DNA of 64,000 nt from a virus, in IMG/VR virus record IMGVR_UViG_3300027976_000027, positions 7,405 through 71,404 of that record. The stretch is one strand, 5' to 3'. Shown piece by piece: positions 1-10,363 of this stretch (within the stretch, counting starts at the first letter, position 1; each line of letters begins with the position of its first letter). The notes below the pieces were generated by a model. That model did not search any database. It worked only from the letters and a program-made list of their open reading frames with translations, and was not told the DNA's origin. Both the position numbers and the translations under genes were made by a program.

Positions 1-3000
1 TGGAACCAGATATTAAGACAATATCGCCCTCACTAAAAAAGGTATCACTTATAGATTTAGATTCCCTAGGGAAAATAACAACTTCTATTTCACCAGAAAG
101 ATCTTCTAATAAAAGTCGAAACATTTTCTGTCCCTTTTTCGTTATCAATCTCTTAACTGATGTCAGAATACCGCCGACTTTAACGATAGCGCCATTACCC
201 ATTTCTAAAATGTCAACCATTTCGCCAGTTACGCTAGGTGCTATAACGTTCCACATACCTTCGATGGGATGCTTGGAAACGTATATCCCTAACTCTGTTT
301 TTTCTTTTTCCAAAAGTTCTAATTCCTGTTTTCTGGTTAGATCAATTTCCTCTTCTAGCATAAATAATTCGTCTAAAGCCCCAGCAAAAGCAAGATGCTC
401 TAAAGTAGATTTCTTAAGAGTAGAAGGGTCACACCTCCTGAAGAAATCATATATAGAGGAGTATGGGTTGACTTCATCTCTACTGGATATTATAGACTCA
501 GCTATAGAATCACCTATTCCATTAATAGCAGATAGGCCAAAAATAATTTGAGATTCATTCAAAACATTAAAATCTTTTCCAGATTTGTTTATAGAAGGAG
601 GCAATACTTCTATCTCTAATTTTCTGCATTCTGAAAGATATGCTGATATTTTTTCTTTTTTATCAACGACCGAAGACATAAGCGCAGTCATATACTCAAC
701 GGTGTAATTGCTCTTTAAATAAGCGGTGACATAGCTAACCATCGCATAACTAGCAGCATGTGCTCTGTTGAAGCCATACCCACCAAAATATTCAATATCA
801 GAGTAAATTTTGTTAGCTTTATCCTCTGATAAAGAAGAATGCGAAACGCATCCATCAACAAACTTTTTTCTAAATAGAGAAATTTTATCCATCTGCTTTT
901 TGCCAATAGCTTTCCTTAGATCATCAGCTTCTCCAGAAGAAAATCCTGCTAATTCTCTAGAGACAGCTAAGACATCTTCCTGGTAAAGCATTATACCAAG
1001 TGAAGGGCCAAGAACATCTTCTAATTTCTGATGCTCATAAGAGATAATACTCTTACCATGCTTTCTGTCAGTATATTCTTTGTCCATTCCAGAACCCATA
1101 GGACCAGGTCGATAGAGGGAGATCAATGCCATAATATCGTTGATACTGTATGGTTGCATTCGAACCATTAACTCACGCATGCCTGCAGATTCTAGCTGAA
1201 AAACACCCATTGCTTTACCCTGGCATAGCATCTCATAAGTTTTTGGATCATTGAGCGGTATATCGTCAATCTCTATATCAATATGACGATGTTCTTTTAT
1301 CAACTTTACGCATATATCTATAACTCCTAAATTTCTTAAGCCTAAGAAGTCAATTTTTAGAAGACCACAAAGTTCTACTCTACCCATATCCCATTGGGTC
1401 ACTATAGGTTTATCCGCCCCCTTCTGCATTATAGGTAAGTATTCGATAAGTGGATTCTTTGATATTACAATTCCAGCAGCGTGGATTCCAGTTTGTCTAA
1501 CAAGATTCTCTAGCCCAAATGCTGTATCGATTATAGTTTTTGACTCTGAATCAACCTTATATAGATTTGCGAACTCATGTACCTCCATGCACTCTTTTAG
1601 ATTTTTAGAAACTCCTAGAACTGGTGGCGGTATTAATCTTGCCACCTTATCTCCAGTGGCAAAATCGTGCCCTAGAGCTCTTGTTGCATCGCGTATAGAC
1701 TGCCTTGCTCCAGTTCTATTGAAGGTACATATGTGTGCTACTTTATCATTACCATATTTTGCCCTGGCATATTCGATAACTCTATCCCTATGTCTGTCAT
1801 CAAAGTCCAAGTCAATATCAGGCATTGACTTTCTACCCTCTACTAAGAATCTTTCAAACATAAGACCAAATTTGATGGGATCCAAATTAGTAATACCAAA
1901 AGCATAAGAGAGGATGCTTCCTGCTGCCGAACCTCTTCCCCACCCAACTCTTATATCATTATCTTTGGCCCAGCGGACAAGATCAGAAACAACTAGAAAG
2001 TATTCAGGAAATCCCATTTCCTTAACCACTTTTATTTCATGGTTTGCTCTCTCTATGATATTGGATGGTAATAAGTCACCATATCTTTTTCTAAGGCCTT
2101 CCCACGCCAATCTTTCAAAATATTGTGTAGAGCTTTCGTTGGTCGTAATTGGAAAATTTGGAAAATGTATTTCGCCAAACTTAAGATTCAATTCAACCAT
2201 ATCATTTACATGCATCGTATTATCTAGTAATTCTTTCGAAAATATTTTTTCCATTTCCTCATACGACTGCAGGTAGAAATTATCTCCAGAAAAAGAAAAC
2301 CTATTTGGGGTATGGATATTAGAGTTAGTTGAAATACATAACATTATGTCATGTGCTTTAGCATCGTGTTTATGTACATAGTGACAATCGCCACTAGGGA
2401 CTACCTTAGCCCCAATGTGATTGGCTATTTTAATAAGATCGGGTATAACGCGTTTCTGCTCCTCAAGACCATGGTCCATTATTTCTATAAAATAGTTTTC
2501 CTTACCGACTATAGCCTGCATGGCTGCAGCATGGGCGAGAGCGGTGCTGTAGTCATTTCTAAGCAACGCTTGTGCCACTTCCCCGTTAAGACACCCGGAT
2601 AGGACTATAATGCCCTCAGAGTGCTCTGAGATTAATTCGTGGTCTACTCTAGGCTTTACATAATACCCCTCGGTAAAGGCCTTAGAAGACATTTTAATAA
2701 TATTACTATAGCCAATATTATTTTTAGCCAAAATGGTTATATGGTATGGCCCTCTTTGTTCCCACTCATTTTTAGCGGGCCCAGATCTTTCTTCCCCATC
2801 TTTATCAAATCTTGTTTTTCTAGCTTGATATAATTCAGAACCAAGAATTGGTTTTACTCCTATGGCGTTTCCAGCGTCGTAGAAATCTAACCAAGAATGT
2901 ATGTTACCGTGATCGGTAGTAGCAAGCCCTGACATGCCAAGAGCTTTAGCTCTTAATAAATATTCTTCTATATTTCCATGCCCGTCGAGCATTGAAAAAA

Positions 3001-3034
3001 CAGTATGGTTGTGAAGGTTAGTCCAGTTCTTCAC
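1..3034 (-). CDS. dnaE: DNA polymerase III alpha subunit (family C), 3' end runs off the window
   Basis: Absent from the ORF track because there is no stop in the window. GTG start at 3034 overlaps the upstream TGA. Translation shows PHP motifs HNHTVFSMLDG and TDHGN, plus RGSAAGS, PDIDLDFDD, HAAGIVI and KIDFLGL. The same frame is open at position 2 (EGDIVLISGS, OB-fold region). Confidence 0.97.
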   Translation of the reverse strand, partial: MKNWTNLHNHTVFSMLDGHGNIEEYLLRAKALGMSGLATTDHGNIHSWLDFYDAGNAIGVKPILGSELYQARKTRFDKDGEERSGPAKNEWEQRGPYHITILAKNNIGYSNIIKMSSKAFTEGYYVKPRVDHELISEHSEGIIVLSGCLNGEVAQALLRNDYSTALAHAAAMQAIVGKENYFIEIMDHGLEEQKRVIPDLIKIANHIGAKVVPSGDCHYVHKHDAKAHDIMLCISTNSNIHTPNRFSFSGDNFYLQSYEEMEKIFSKELLDNTMHVNDMVELNLKFGEIHFPNFPITTNESSTQYFERLAWEGLRKRYGDLLPSNIIERANHEIKVVKEMGFPEYFLVVSDLVRWAKDNDIRVGWGRGSAAGSILSYAFGITNLDPIKFGLMFERFLVEGRKSMPDIDLDFDDRHRDRVIEYARAKYGNDKVAHICTFNRTGARQSIRDATRALGHDFATGDKVARLIPPPVLGVSKNLKECMEVHEFANLYKVDSESKTIIDTAFGLENLVRQTGIHAAGIVISKNPLIEYLPIMQKGADKPIVTQWDMGRVELCGLLKIDFLGLRNLGVIDICVKLIKEHRHIDIEIDDIPLNDPKTYEMLCQGKAMGVFQLESAGMRELMVRMQPYSINDIMALISLYRPGPMGSGMDKEYTDRKHGKSIISYEHQKLEDVLGPSLGIMLYQEDVLAVSRELAGFSSGEADDLRKAIGKKQMDKISLFRKKFVDGCVSHSSLSEDKANKIYSDIEYFGGYGFNRAHAASYAMVSYVTAYLKSNYTVEYMTALMSSVVDKKEKISAYLSECRKLEIEVLPPSINKSGKDFNVLNESQIIFGLSAINGIGDSIAESIISSRDEVNPYSSIYDFFRRCDPSTLKKSTLEHLAFAGALDELFMLEEEIDLTRKQELELLEKEKTELGIYVSKHPIEGMWNVIAPSVTGEMVDILEMGNGAIVKVGGILTSVKRLITKKGQKMFRLLLEDLSGEIEVVIFPRESKSISDTFFSEGDIVLISGS

Positions 3035-3231
3035 CTAATCCCTCTTTTGATATTGATTGCATTTAATACTTTATCTCTATCAATTTTGCGACATATTACT
3101 ACCACGCCCTTGCAATATTTGCATACCGCAGAAGAACCTGCTTGTGCATGCGCGCTATTATACATATGTCTATCTGTCTGTTGCGTACTGCATTCGCTGC
3201 ATAGACCTACAACTTCTTCGTCATCGTTCAT
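3031..3231 (-). CDS. small putative zinc-binding protein
   Basis: 66 aa with two CxxC pairs (CSEC, CKYC). 4-nt start/stop overlaps with both neighbours. Confidence 0.7.
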   Translation of the reverse strand: MNDDEEVVGLCSECSTQQTDRHMYNSAHAQAGSSAVCKYCKGVVVICRKIDRDKVLNAINIKRGIR

Positions 3232-4430
3232 TTTTTATCCTTTCTGTCGATACCAGTATAGGCGAATCTTACTGGAGATGGAGATGATTTTTCCTGAGTT
3301 TCAATAAACCTATCCCCAACTTTTACCCATTTATTTTTTTTCTCTAATGAACACTGCCCGCACCCAACCCCTACTGAATTAGCCCTTTCGCAAGTATATG
3401 GTCTCCCCCCAATACCAATCTCTCTTCTCTTGATCCAATCATCAATATGCGCTTGTGATTTACTCGGTATATAATCATCACAATTACTTAATATTTCATG
3501 CAAATAGTTTATAGCCTCTTCGCTATAAGTTAGTATAGAACATAGAAACAATCTTGCCTCGTGCTCAAGGAAATGTGAACTTATAGCTTGTTCATTCAGT
3601 CTCTTAATTGATGGACACTTTAACCATAGCGCTTCTTTTTGAAAAACTTTTTCATTTGTTTCAAATGATTTTAAATTAGATGATCCATATTTATTAAACG
3701 CATCGAGAATATCTTTTGGTTTATTTTTTTCTTCTTCCATTTCATAGGTATATCCCCTATACCATTCGTTAGACTTAAAGTCAAAGAACTGTTCTTCTAT
3801 AGCGAAATCATTTATCTTACTGGAGTATTCTTTTATGAAATCTATACTAGAATGAAAAATATTTTTTGGAAGAAGTGTTTTATATAATCCGGTAGATTGG
3901 TGGGCTGATCCAGGAAGTCTCCACATTCTTCTTGTGTCATAAACACTAAAATCCATAGAAGATATACCTAACCTAGACTGAAGATCACTGGCTATGTACC
4001 TGAAAACTTTTGGTAAATTATTAGATGGGTTAATTCCCAGTGCTACAGCTTCACATTCTATATGAAACCCCTTTTTACCCGTGAAGTATACGGTTAAAGC
4101 TTGTTCTGGAATATATTGGGAAAGATGCTGATATAATCTTAAGCTCTCTGCGTAGCATAGGTCAATGTCTCCTTCATTGTCTAGGTCAAAATACAGAGAA
4201 CCTAACCTAATAGCTTCTGTTATATTAGTGCTGTTATAGTGCCAGACTGAGGTGTACAAACCTATGTTCCCCTGTTTCTTGCGGTAAATATCTATTTCTC
4301 CGATATCGTAGAAAACTGGATTGTCACCATCCTTCTCCCTAATAACCTTATCAAGGTTCTTAATATATTTTCCTACCTCTACATACTTCCATTGAGAAAT
4401 AAATTTAGTTTTGTCAGATGGAAGTCTCAT
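3228..4430 (-). CDS. archaeo-eukaryotic primase (AEP) with PriL-like Cys-rich C-terminal domain
   Basis: AEP motifs YFDLD, FTGKKGFH and D..RMWRLPGSAH. C-terminus has KCP..HEAR..YTC..CGQC..SP, resembling the primase large-subunit Fe-S domain. Confidence 0.8.
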   Translation of the reverse strand: MRLPSDKTKFISQWKYVEVGKYIKNLDKVIREKDGDNPVFYDIGEIDIYRKKQGNIGLYTSVWHYNSTNITEAIRLGSLYFDLDNEGDIDLCYAESLRLYQHLSQYIPEQALTVYFTGKKGFHIECEAVALGINPSNNLPKVFRYIASDLQSRLGISSMDFSVYDTRRMWRLPGSAHQSTGLYKTLLPKNIFHSSIDFIKEYSSKINDFAIEEQFFDFKSNEWYRGYTYEMEEEKNKPKDILDAFNKYGSSNLKSFETNEKVFQKEALWLKCPSIKRLNEQAISSHFLEHEARLFLCSILTYSEEAINYLHEILSNCDDYIPSKSQAHIDDWIKRREIGIGGRPYTCERANSVGVGCGQCSLEKKNKWVKVGDRFIETQEKSSPSPVRFAYTGIDRKDKK

Positions 4431-4591
4431 GGTATCAAAACTCTACCATCTCCGCAATCGATTTGCCATACCATAAGTCGTTTATCTGTTGAAAAATTTT
4501 TGTTATTAACCCTATAATATATAGATTCGTTAATTAAAAATTCTAAAGAATTAATTATTAATGATCTAATTTGCAATTTATCCTGTTCCAA
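4427..4591 (-). CDS. hypothetical protein (54 aa)
   Basis: TTG-started ORF MEQDKLQIRSLII...GRVLIP fills the gap exactly. Its TGA overlaps the primase ATG (ATGA). Confidence 0.6.
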   Translation of the reverse strand: MEQDKLQIRSLIINSLEFLINESIYYRVNNKNFSTDKRLMVWQIDCGDGRVLIP

Positions 4592-4593
4592 GA

Positions 4594-5262
4594 TTACTCA
4601 CTAACTTTAGGATTAACTTCTAATATTTTATGGACTTTTGATGCGATATTGTCAGATAGGTGCACTATCATATCTAAAAAACTAGTTGGATAAGTCTCTG
4701 GTATTGGTGACCATGGACCTAAATGGCATCTAACTAGCCTCAATATAGATTGAACGGTTTCTTCATCGAGAAAAAGTGTCGAAGAACTAGCCTCAGAAGA
4801 GTATTTTTTATCATTTTCCTGGCAGTTAGTAACAAACTTCCCAACAGTATATGGATGCATAGGGTCATATAGATACTCGCCAACAGATGCTACATTGTCT
4901 ATACCCTTGGTGATATCGTGGATCAAGCATGCCGAATAAACCATATCTCTTTCGATATCATTTAATGAGTATGACTGAACTATAATCTCTGCTGCTTTCA
5001 CAACTCTCTTAGTGTGTAAGACGTTTCCTCCACTCGAGTGCTCATCTGGAGGATGATGTTTACCAGAAAAACTAGATGGTATTTTCCAAAATATTTTTGC
5101 CTGCAGAAGAATTGCTCTTGTAAACATTTTTATTTGAAAATTATTTATTAAATTTATTTCATCTAAAAGGGGTAATAGTATTTTATCTTCTTCTTCGTTC
5201 GGCTTAAATGGGACATCTATCCCGAGAAGATCATCTAGTATGCTTTTATTGGTCATTATCAT
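4594..5262 (-). CDS. HD-domain phosphohydrolase / nuclease
   Basis: H..HD..H..D pattern: LHTKRV, LIHDITKG, CHLGPW, HLSDNIAS. Confidence 0.85.
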   Translation of the reverse strand: MIMTNKSILDDLLGIDVPFKPNEEEDKILLPLLDEINLINNFQIKMFTRAILLQAKIFWKIPSSFSGKHHPPDEHSSGGNVLHTKRVVKAAEIIVQSYSLNDIERDMVYSACLIHDITKGIDNVASVGEYLYDPMHPYTVGKFVTNCQENDKKYSSEASSSTLFLDEETVQSILRLVRCHLGPWSPIPETYPTSFLDMIVHLSDNIASKVHKILEVNPKVSE

Positions 5263-5419
5263 CCCATCTTAGTTCAGTCTTTTTATACTTTTCGTATTCT
5301 ATTTTTATAAGATTGATAATATAACTGGCTGGATCGGTATTCTTCGAACCGCACAGAATAAACAATTTTTTAGATATTATATTATCTAGTATTATACCAA
5401 ATCTATTCTGGTTTTTCAC
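5246..5419 (-). CDS. hypothetical protein (about 57 aa)
   Basis: 3' part of the 5246..5500 ORF. GTG at 5419 is the more plausible start because it minimises overlap with the upstream gene. Confidence 0.5.
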   Translation of the reverse strand: MKNQNRFGIILDNIISKKLFILCGSKNTDPASYIINLIKIEYEKYKKTELRWDDNDQ

Positions 5420-6194
5420 GTATCCAACCAGACCATTTTGAACAAGGTTTATCAAATGGGCATCTCTTACAATACCAGGTAAGACCTCTTCTAGGGGCAA
5501 ACACTTTAGTCGAACTTATTTCTTCTGCCCAATAGATTAATGCATTAAGATCTTCTTTCGTAACTTCATATTCAGTAAAACGGATTTTAGGCAGTGTTAG
5601 ATCTATGTAACCGAAAGAAGCATTAGCGACTCTAGAACCGTGTTTAATGCAAAATGCATTATACATACTAGCAAAGTCTATCTGATGCATATTCTGATGG
5701 CTGCTCTTATAGTTAAAGACAATTTTGATTACAAAGTATTTATCATCCTTCGATAAGATGATATCGAATTTATCTTTAAGCTTTATCAATTTAGTTACCG
5801 GAACAATATAATCATCATTTATTGCTATGGGGATATAATCTCTATTAAAAAAATTCTCATGAAATGATAAAAGCACTGCGGCTGCTTTTGTGGTGAGACT
5901 AGCGGAATTACCGAAGGCACTCTCATGCTTTTCGGTAAGAATATCATATGAGGTTATGTCATCTGAAAACCAAAGTTTTTCCCATCTATTAAGAAGTGAA
6001 GAATAAGATGGAGTATACCCTCCTTGTTGTTTATAAAAAAAATAATATATTATATCTTTTATCGTATTTTCAAATCTTTCAATTAAGATATCTCTTCCAC
6101 CTATAGCCTCTGGCATTTTTTGCTGGTGCCTGTAGTCATACAATAGGGCACATGTTTGGAAGTCTTTTATGGAATCTGTATTAATAAGTTTCAT
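5403..6194 (-). CDS. PD-(D/E)XK (RecB/AddB/Cas4-like) nuclease-fold protein, possibly inactive
   Basis: N-terminal SIKDFQTC, C-terminal CKRCPFDKPC (four-Cys Fe-S staple) and central KFDIIL. The expected D/E-x-K motif is not evident. Confidence 0.7.
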   Translation of the reverse strand: MKLINTDSIKDFQTCALLYDYRHQQKMPEAIGGRDILIERFENTIKDIIYYFFYKQQGGYTPSYSSLLNRWEKLWFSDDITSYDILTEKHESAFGNSASLTTKAAAVLLSFHENFFNRDYIPIAINDDYIVPVTKLIKLKDKFDIILSKDDKYFVIKIVFNYKSSHQNMHQIDFASMYNAFCIKHGSRVANASFGYIDLTLPKIRFTEYEVTKEDLNALIYWAEEISSTKVFAPRRGLTWYCKRCPFDKPCSKWSGWIREKPE

Positions 6195-7645
6195 TAGTTG
6201 AAATCTCCATTGTTTAATAAATCATCTAGGATAGATGAGGCATCGTAGGATGCGTTCGTTACCGCATCGTATTCTTCGTAACTTTTTCTTGAATCCACAT
6301 ATCGCACAAGTGGAGGTTCATAAGAAAAGGTGGAACCAGTGATTCTATTTTTTGGGATTTGCAATTGCATTACATTCTCATCCTCTGAATCGTCACCACT
6401 AACTAGTTTTTTTTCTGTAATGAATATTGTAACCGCACATTTTTGCTGGATAGCCAATGAACCACCGGTGTCAGATTGCATTACAACTTCTCTTTTTTCT
6501 TTCATTCTGTTTGAATTTTCTTGCGCCGTAATAATTAAGACACAATTCATATCTCTGGCTATTTTTTCTAGACGTACCATCATTTCTTCAAATTCACCCC
6601 ACCTAGCTTTCCCCTTTGACCTGGTGAACATAGATTGTATGGTGTCTATCACTATAACATCTGGCAAGTGATTGCCTTCTAACAAGATATTTCTTAGCCA
6701 ATTTTCCAGATCTTCAAAGTATGGAGTATCTGGGTCATGCTTTACCATTAATCTATCACCCCACTGCTTAAGCTTGTCGGTAAATATACCTATATATTTT
6801 TCCTTATCTTCCTTTGACCATTTATCCCCTTCTGCATAAACATTTTTCCCAGTTATTTGGGTCATCAATATTCTTTCCCAGTGATTCCTTGCCTCTTCGA
6901 AGTTAATATATAATGTCTTATACCCTGAATCTAGCCAATGGTTAACTAAGCATTTTGCAAACGTGCTTTTCCCCTTTCCAGAAGCTGCTATTATAGCATG
7001 AACTGCGCCTCTAAAAAACCCGCCCTCATTAGTGTAGCCCATAGCCCTATTAAGGGATTTGAATTGTGTAGGTAAAAAATCTGGAGCGTCTAAAAGAGAA
7101 TCTATTTTTTCTATTATTTGATTTGCCGTGACAAGATCATCTAATGGATTGTAATTTAATCTATTTTCCAACGCATTAATTTCACCTGTTAATAGAGACA
7201 TCCTAGCTAGGTCTTCATCGCTCTTCATTCCCTTTTGGCTAATAATAATTTCTAATTCTTTTAAAGAATTTCTTTGCTGTATCTTATTATCTTTGTGTTT
7301 AAGAACTTGCGTAACTGCTTCTGGATTTGCCAACTGCATCGTTTGGAATACCGCTAAAATAGCGTTTACCCCTTCGTCGCCATTTAAAGATTCATATATA
7401 TTACTCTCTAGCTGCATCCAGTTTCTGAAAGCTACCGGATCTACATAGTCCATGTCTACGGATGCAGAGTATGATAGTATCGCATTATAAAATTCATGAA
7501 TGCCAAGATTGTTCTCGTTAAGGCCAACTATTTGCGGATCTAAGTTAGCCTTGAAGTAATTAATCGCACCCTTTTCCCTTATGGAAAGAGCAAAAATTTG
7601 GTATTCAATTGGGTATGTGGTTTTAGTAATGTCGAGTTCACTCAT
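6194..7645 (-). CDS. DnaB-like (SF4) replicative helicase
   Basis: Walker A AASGKGKST, INFEE, Walker B VIVIDTIQ, TAQEN and KNR arginine finger. Confidence 0.9.
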   Translation of the reverse strand: MSELDITKTTYPIEYQIFALSIREKGAINYFKANLDPQIVGLNENNLGIHEFYNAILSYSASVDMDYVDPVAFRNWMQLESNIYESLNGDEGVNAILAVFQTMQLANPEAVTQVLKHKDNKIQQRNSLKELEIIISQKGMKSDEDLARMSLLTGEINALENRLNYNPLDDLVTANQIIEKIDSLLDAPDFLPTQFKSLNRAMGYTNEGGFFRGAVHAIIAASGKGKSTFAKCLVNHWLDSGYKTLYINFEEARNHWERILMTQITGKNVYAEGDKWSKEDKEKYIGIFTDKLKQWGDRLMVKHDPDTPYFEDLENWLRNILLEGNHLPDVIVIDTIQSMFTRSKGKARWGEFEEMMVRLEKIARDMNCVLIITAQENSNRMKEKREVVMQSDTGGSLAIQQKCAVTIFITEKKLVSGDDSEDENVMQLQIPKNRITGSTFSYEPPLVRYVDSRKSYEEYDAVTNASYDASSILDDLLNNGDFN

Positions 7646-8282
7646 GATTATCTCTTTTATTTTTAGCCTTACGATAAGCTACTTTTTTTCTATCGTTATG
7701 TTCTTTCTTTCTATCTTGATAAAATTTATTATGTGTAATACTAGTCTTGTTTTTCTTCTCAATATCAGGTACAAGCGGACTAGACCTAAGTGCTTCTAGT
7801 AGTCTATCATAGACAGCTTGTTCATCAAGAGCATCATTATACCTGAATACGACTAGGTTTATATCTGCTATCTTGCATAGCTCTATCTTTCTTAGGTCTC
7901 TTTTCTGGGCTTGTTCAAAATCATATTTAGAATCAAAAAACCTCTCAGTATAATAAAAGTGTTGTCGACCGTGAAATTCCGCAGCTAATTTATAGGCTAC
8001 GCAATATACATCTAACCTAAGACGCTCTCCTATATGGTACTCATTAACGATTGTTTGATTTGGAATCAGTTTTTTCATAGCCTGCGTAAGAGCAGCTTGC
8101 CCTCTAGATGTTTTTCTTTTTTGAGATTTAATCCAGGATAAACCTAGGGAATTTATTCTTTTGTTAAGTTGGGCGTATGAGTAATCAAGATCTTTAGCTA
8201 TCTCAGTTATGGTTAGATCGGAATCAAAAAGCAAATCTATTAAGAATAGATCATTTTCCTTATCCTCAAACTCCCTTTTCAT
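7638..8282 (-). CDS. HTH plus Vsr/DUF559-like endonuclease
   Basis: N-terminal HTH (LTITEIAKDLDYS) and RLDVYC..AAEFHGRQHF..RD..K motif. Confidence 0.7.
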   Translation of the reverse strand: MKREFEDKENDLFLIDLLFDSDLTITEIAKDLDYSYAQLNKRINSLGLSWIKSQKRKTSRGQAALTQAMKKLIPNQTIVNEYHIGERLRLDVYCVAYKLAAEFHGRQHFYYTERFFDSKYDFEQAQKRDLRKIELCKIADINLVVFRYNDALDEQAVYDRLLEALRSSPLVPDIEKKNKTSITHNKFYQDRKKEHNDRKKVAYRKAKNKRDNHE

Positions 8283-8940
8283 CTTGAGCCGCCTTAACGC
8301 TTAGCCTTGCTCTCGCAAAACTAATCACCTTTCCAAAATCTATAATAGAAAAATTTGAACTTTCCCAAATCTTTTCTGCTAGAGCTGCAGATAATAATGG
8401 GCAATCGAGGATCACCATATCTACCCTATCGCTATAGGTTTTAAGCTTGGTGATTATTTCATCAATCTTATTATAATAGTCATTATATTGTACATATATG
8501 ATATCCACTGGTGCTCCTAGCACCTTACTGATCACCTTTCGATCATGAAAGGTAACAATAACATATGGTGTATGTCTTATGTAAAAATCAACAAACGAAT
8601 TAAAAGCTAGTTCATTATTGTTGAAATAATTTTCAAGAGTTGTAGAGTTATAATACGTTTGACTATCTTCAACAGCTGAATAGTCTAAATCATTCTCTGG
8701 ATCATTAGAATTTACAAAAGCCGCTGGAATTGCTTTCATATAATTATCATCATTAATAGCAAAAGATTTAATTATGGAATCGCTAAACTCTTTAGATGTT
8801 TTCTTGACGTCTGAACCACCCATTGCTATAAGAGCTGATCTAGGGAAATTCACATAGGCAAACTTTTCTTTAGCTAACATCTTGCTAGTTAATATTTGAA
8901 TAGTTTGTGCTTGTGTTGCAATCTTAATGTCTTTTTTCAT
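8266..8940 (-). CDS. putative GT-D-fold (DUF1792-like) glycosyltransferase-related protein
   Basis: Weak resemblance only: KFAYVNFPR near the N-terminus and IIDFGK near the C-terminus. Adjacent to a GT2 gene. Confidence 0.4.
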   Translation of the reverse strand: MKKDIKIATQAQTIQILTSKMLAKEKFAYVNFPRSALIAMGGSDVKKTSKEFSDSIIKSFAINDDNYMKAIPAAFVNSNDPENDLDYSAVEDSQTYYNSTTLENYFNNNELAFNSFVDFYIRHTPYVIVTFHDRKVISKVLGAPVDIIYVQYNDYYNKIDEIITKLKTYSDRVDMVILDCPLLSAALAEKIWESSNFSIIDFGKVISFARARLSVKAAQDEKGV

Positions 8941-8948
8941 TTTTTTTC

Positions 8949-9650
8949 CTAACCTAGGAAGTGACCCCAGTTAATCAAAACTGGGTCTTTGTCTATTATT
9001 GAATTAATATGTTGTATTGCATGGAATTCTCCACCATCTAACGTGGAATATCTTTTATATTTTTTTTCTTTATCTTTATCTTTTACATAACCTAAGTGTT
9101 GCATGGCTAAGCCTGATTCTGCCCAATAGTTTTTTTGTCTTATCCAATCAACAACATATGTAGGCTCAGAACCACAGGCTAGTCTACGATTAGCAAAGCC
9201 ACCATTGTCCTTAAATCTAAAAATTCTAGAACTATTATTTGGAGCCCACAGTTTGTCTGTTCGCCATTGAGTCTCATTCCACATATGGTAAAATTTTACA
9301 TTTGCTACATCATATGGGGACATAGCAAGTACACTCGATATATCTAGACTAGATATATCTTTAGAATTATAAAGTTTCTCGTCACAGTCTATAGCTATGA
9401 CCCAATCACCAAGTTTTGCGTGTTGGCTAAGATTTCCCCAGGCAAATGCCCTTAACTGTCCTTCATGTTTTATGAATAATGGTTCTGGGGTCTGATATAC
9501 TGTGCAATATTTTTTAGCAATTTTGCTAGTATTATCGTCAGAGCAATCATCAGTAAAAATTATTTTATCTACCTGCTGAGAAAGTCTATCTAGGACTTCC
9601 TCAAGATATTTATCTTCTTCATTTCTGCCTACCATTTGAGCATAAATCAT
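8949..9650 (-). CDS. glycosyltransferase family 2
   Basis: GRNEE, DDCSDD, DxD motif AIDCDE and HLGY. Confidence 0.85.
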   Translation of the reverse strand: MIYAQMVGRNEEDKYLEEVLDRLSQQVDKIIFTDDCSDDNTSKIAKKYCTVYQTPEPLFIKHEGQLRAFAWGNLSQHAKLGDWVIAIDCDEKLYNSKDISSLDISSVLAMSPYDVANVKFYHMWNETQWRTDKLWAPNNSSRIFRFKDNGGFANRRLACGSEPTYVVDWIRQKNYWAESGLAMQHLGYVKDKDKEKKYKRYSTLDGGEFHAIQHINSIIDKDPVLINWGHFLG

Positions 9651-9665
9651 ATATCAAAGCCTTTG

Positions 9666-9698
9666 TTAAAGGGCACCGGCTTATTTCACCGGTGCCCT
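9666..9698 (-). terminator. probable intrinsic terminator
   Basis: 10-bp inverted repeat agggcaccgg (9670-9679) / ccggtgccct (9689-9698) followed by a short T run on the minus strand, in an intergenic gap. Confidence 0.7.
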
Positions 9699-9721
9699 AA
9701 CGAATAGAATATTTCTAGATA

Positions 9722-9904
9722 TTAAACTTCTAGCATTTCTCGTACTTCAACAGCCGAGATTCTCTCTATATCAGATTGAGTAGATAGGATTTGTCCCTTG
9801 ACACCTTTTCGTCCCAAGACAACCTTCTCTGCTTCATCCTTATTCTTTGCTTTAACAATATAAGTATTTACTACCTCAAAATAATTAAATTTATTTTCTG
9901 ACAT
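9722..9904 (-). CDS. hypothetical protein (60 aa), similar to the N-terminus of the 37004..38212 phosphoesterase
   Basis: AAAGGA RBS and a shared IV(K/R)AKN..A..V..G.....G..L pattern. Confidence 0.75.
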   Translation of the reverse strand: MSENKFNYFEVVNTYIVKAKNKDEAEKVVLGRKGVKGQILSTQSDIERISAVEVREMLEV

Positions 9905-9914
9905 TTGATTTCCT

Positions 9915-10328
9915 TTACTTGTTATGTGAATATGTAATAGAGATATATTCTACAGCATCTTCTAGTGAAGAAACAACTTTTGTCGATAAATAATTTAGAT
10001 ATTTTCTTTGCCTATAGCTTTCATGGGCAAATGTTATAACTGGCTGATTATAGATATGGTTAGCCAATGTCATCTCATAGTCAGTGCCTATATAAGCTCT
10101 GTTCGGAATCATGTATTCGACTAGAACAATATCGCATCGCGCTTGCATAAAGGTATTCTTACTAACAATTTCTTTCGGTTCGCAACCAGTTTCTTCTAAA
10201 CAAAAATCCATTGGGTTAACTGCATGGAAACCACGTTGATCTAATAATTTTACCGCTGTCTCTCTCCACCCATATGCGTAGTCCCCAACCTCTTCTATCG
10301 CTCCAGATAAAAATACTTTTACTCTCAT
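9915..10328 (-). CDS. nucleoside 2-deoxyribosyltransferase-like / dNMP N-glycosidase
   Basis: VFLSGAI, NP, CDIVLV and GTDYE pattern typical of the NDT fold. Confidence 0.75.
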   Translation of the reverse strand: MRVKVFLSGAIEEVGDYAYGWRETAVKLLDQRGFHAVNPMDFCLEETGCEPKEIVSKNTFMQARCDIVLVEYMIPNRAYIGTDYEMTLANHIYNQPVITFAHESYRQRKYLNYLSTKVVSSLEDAVEYISITYSHNK

Positions 10329-10363
10329 TAAAAACCTTTTTGTCGATTAACTCACTAAGAATA

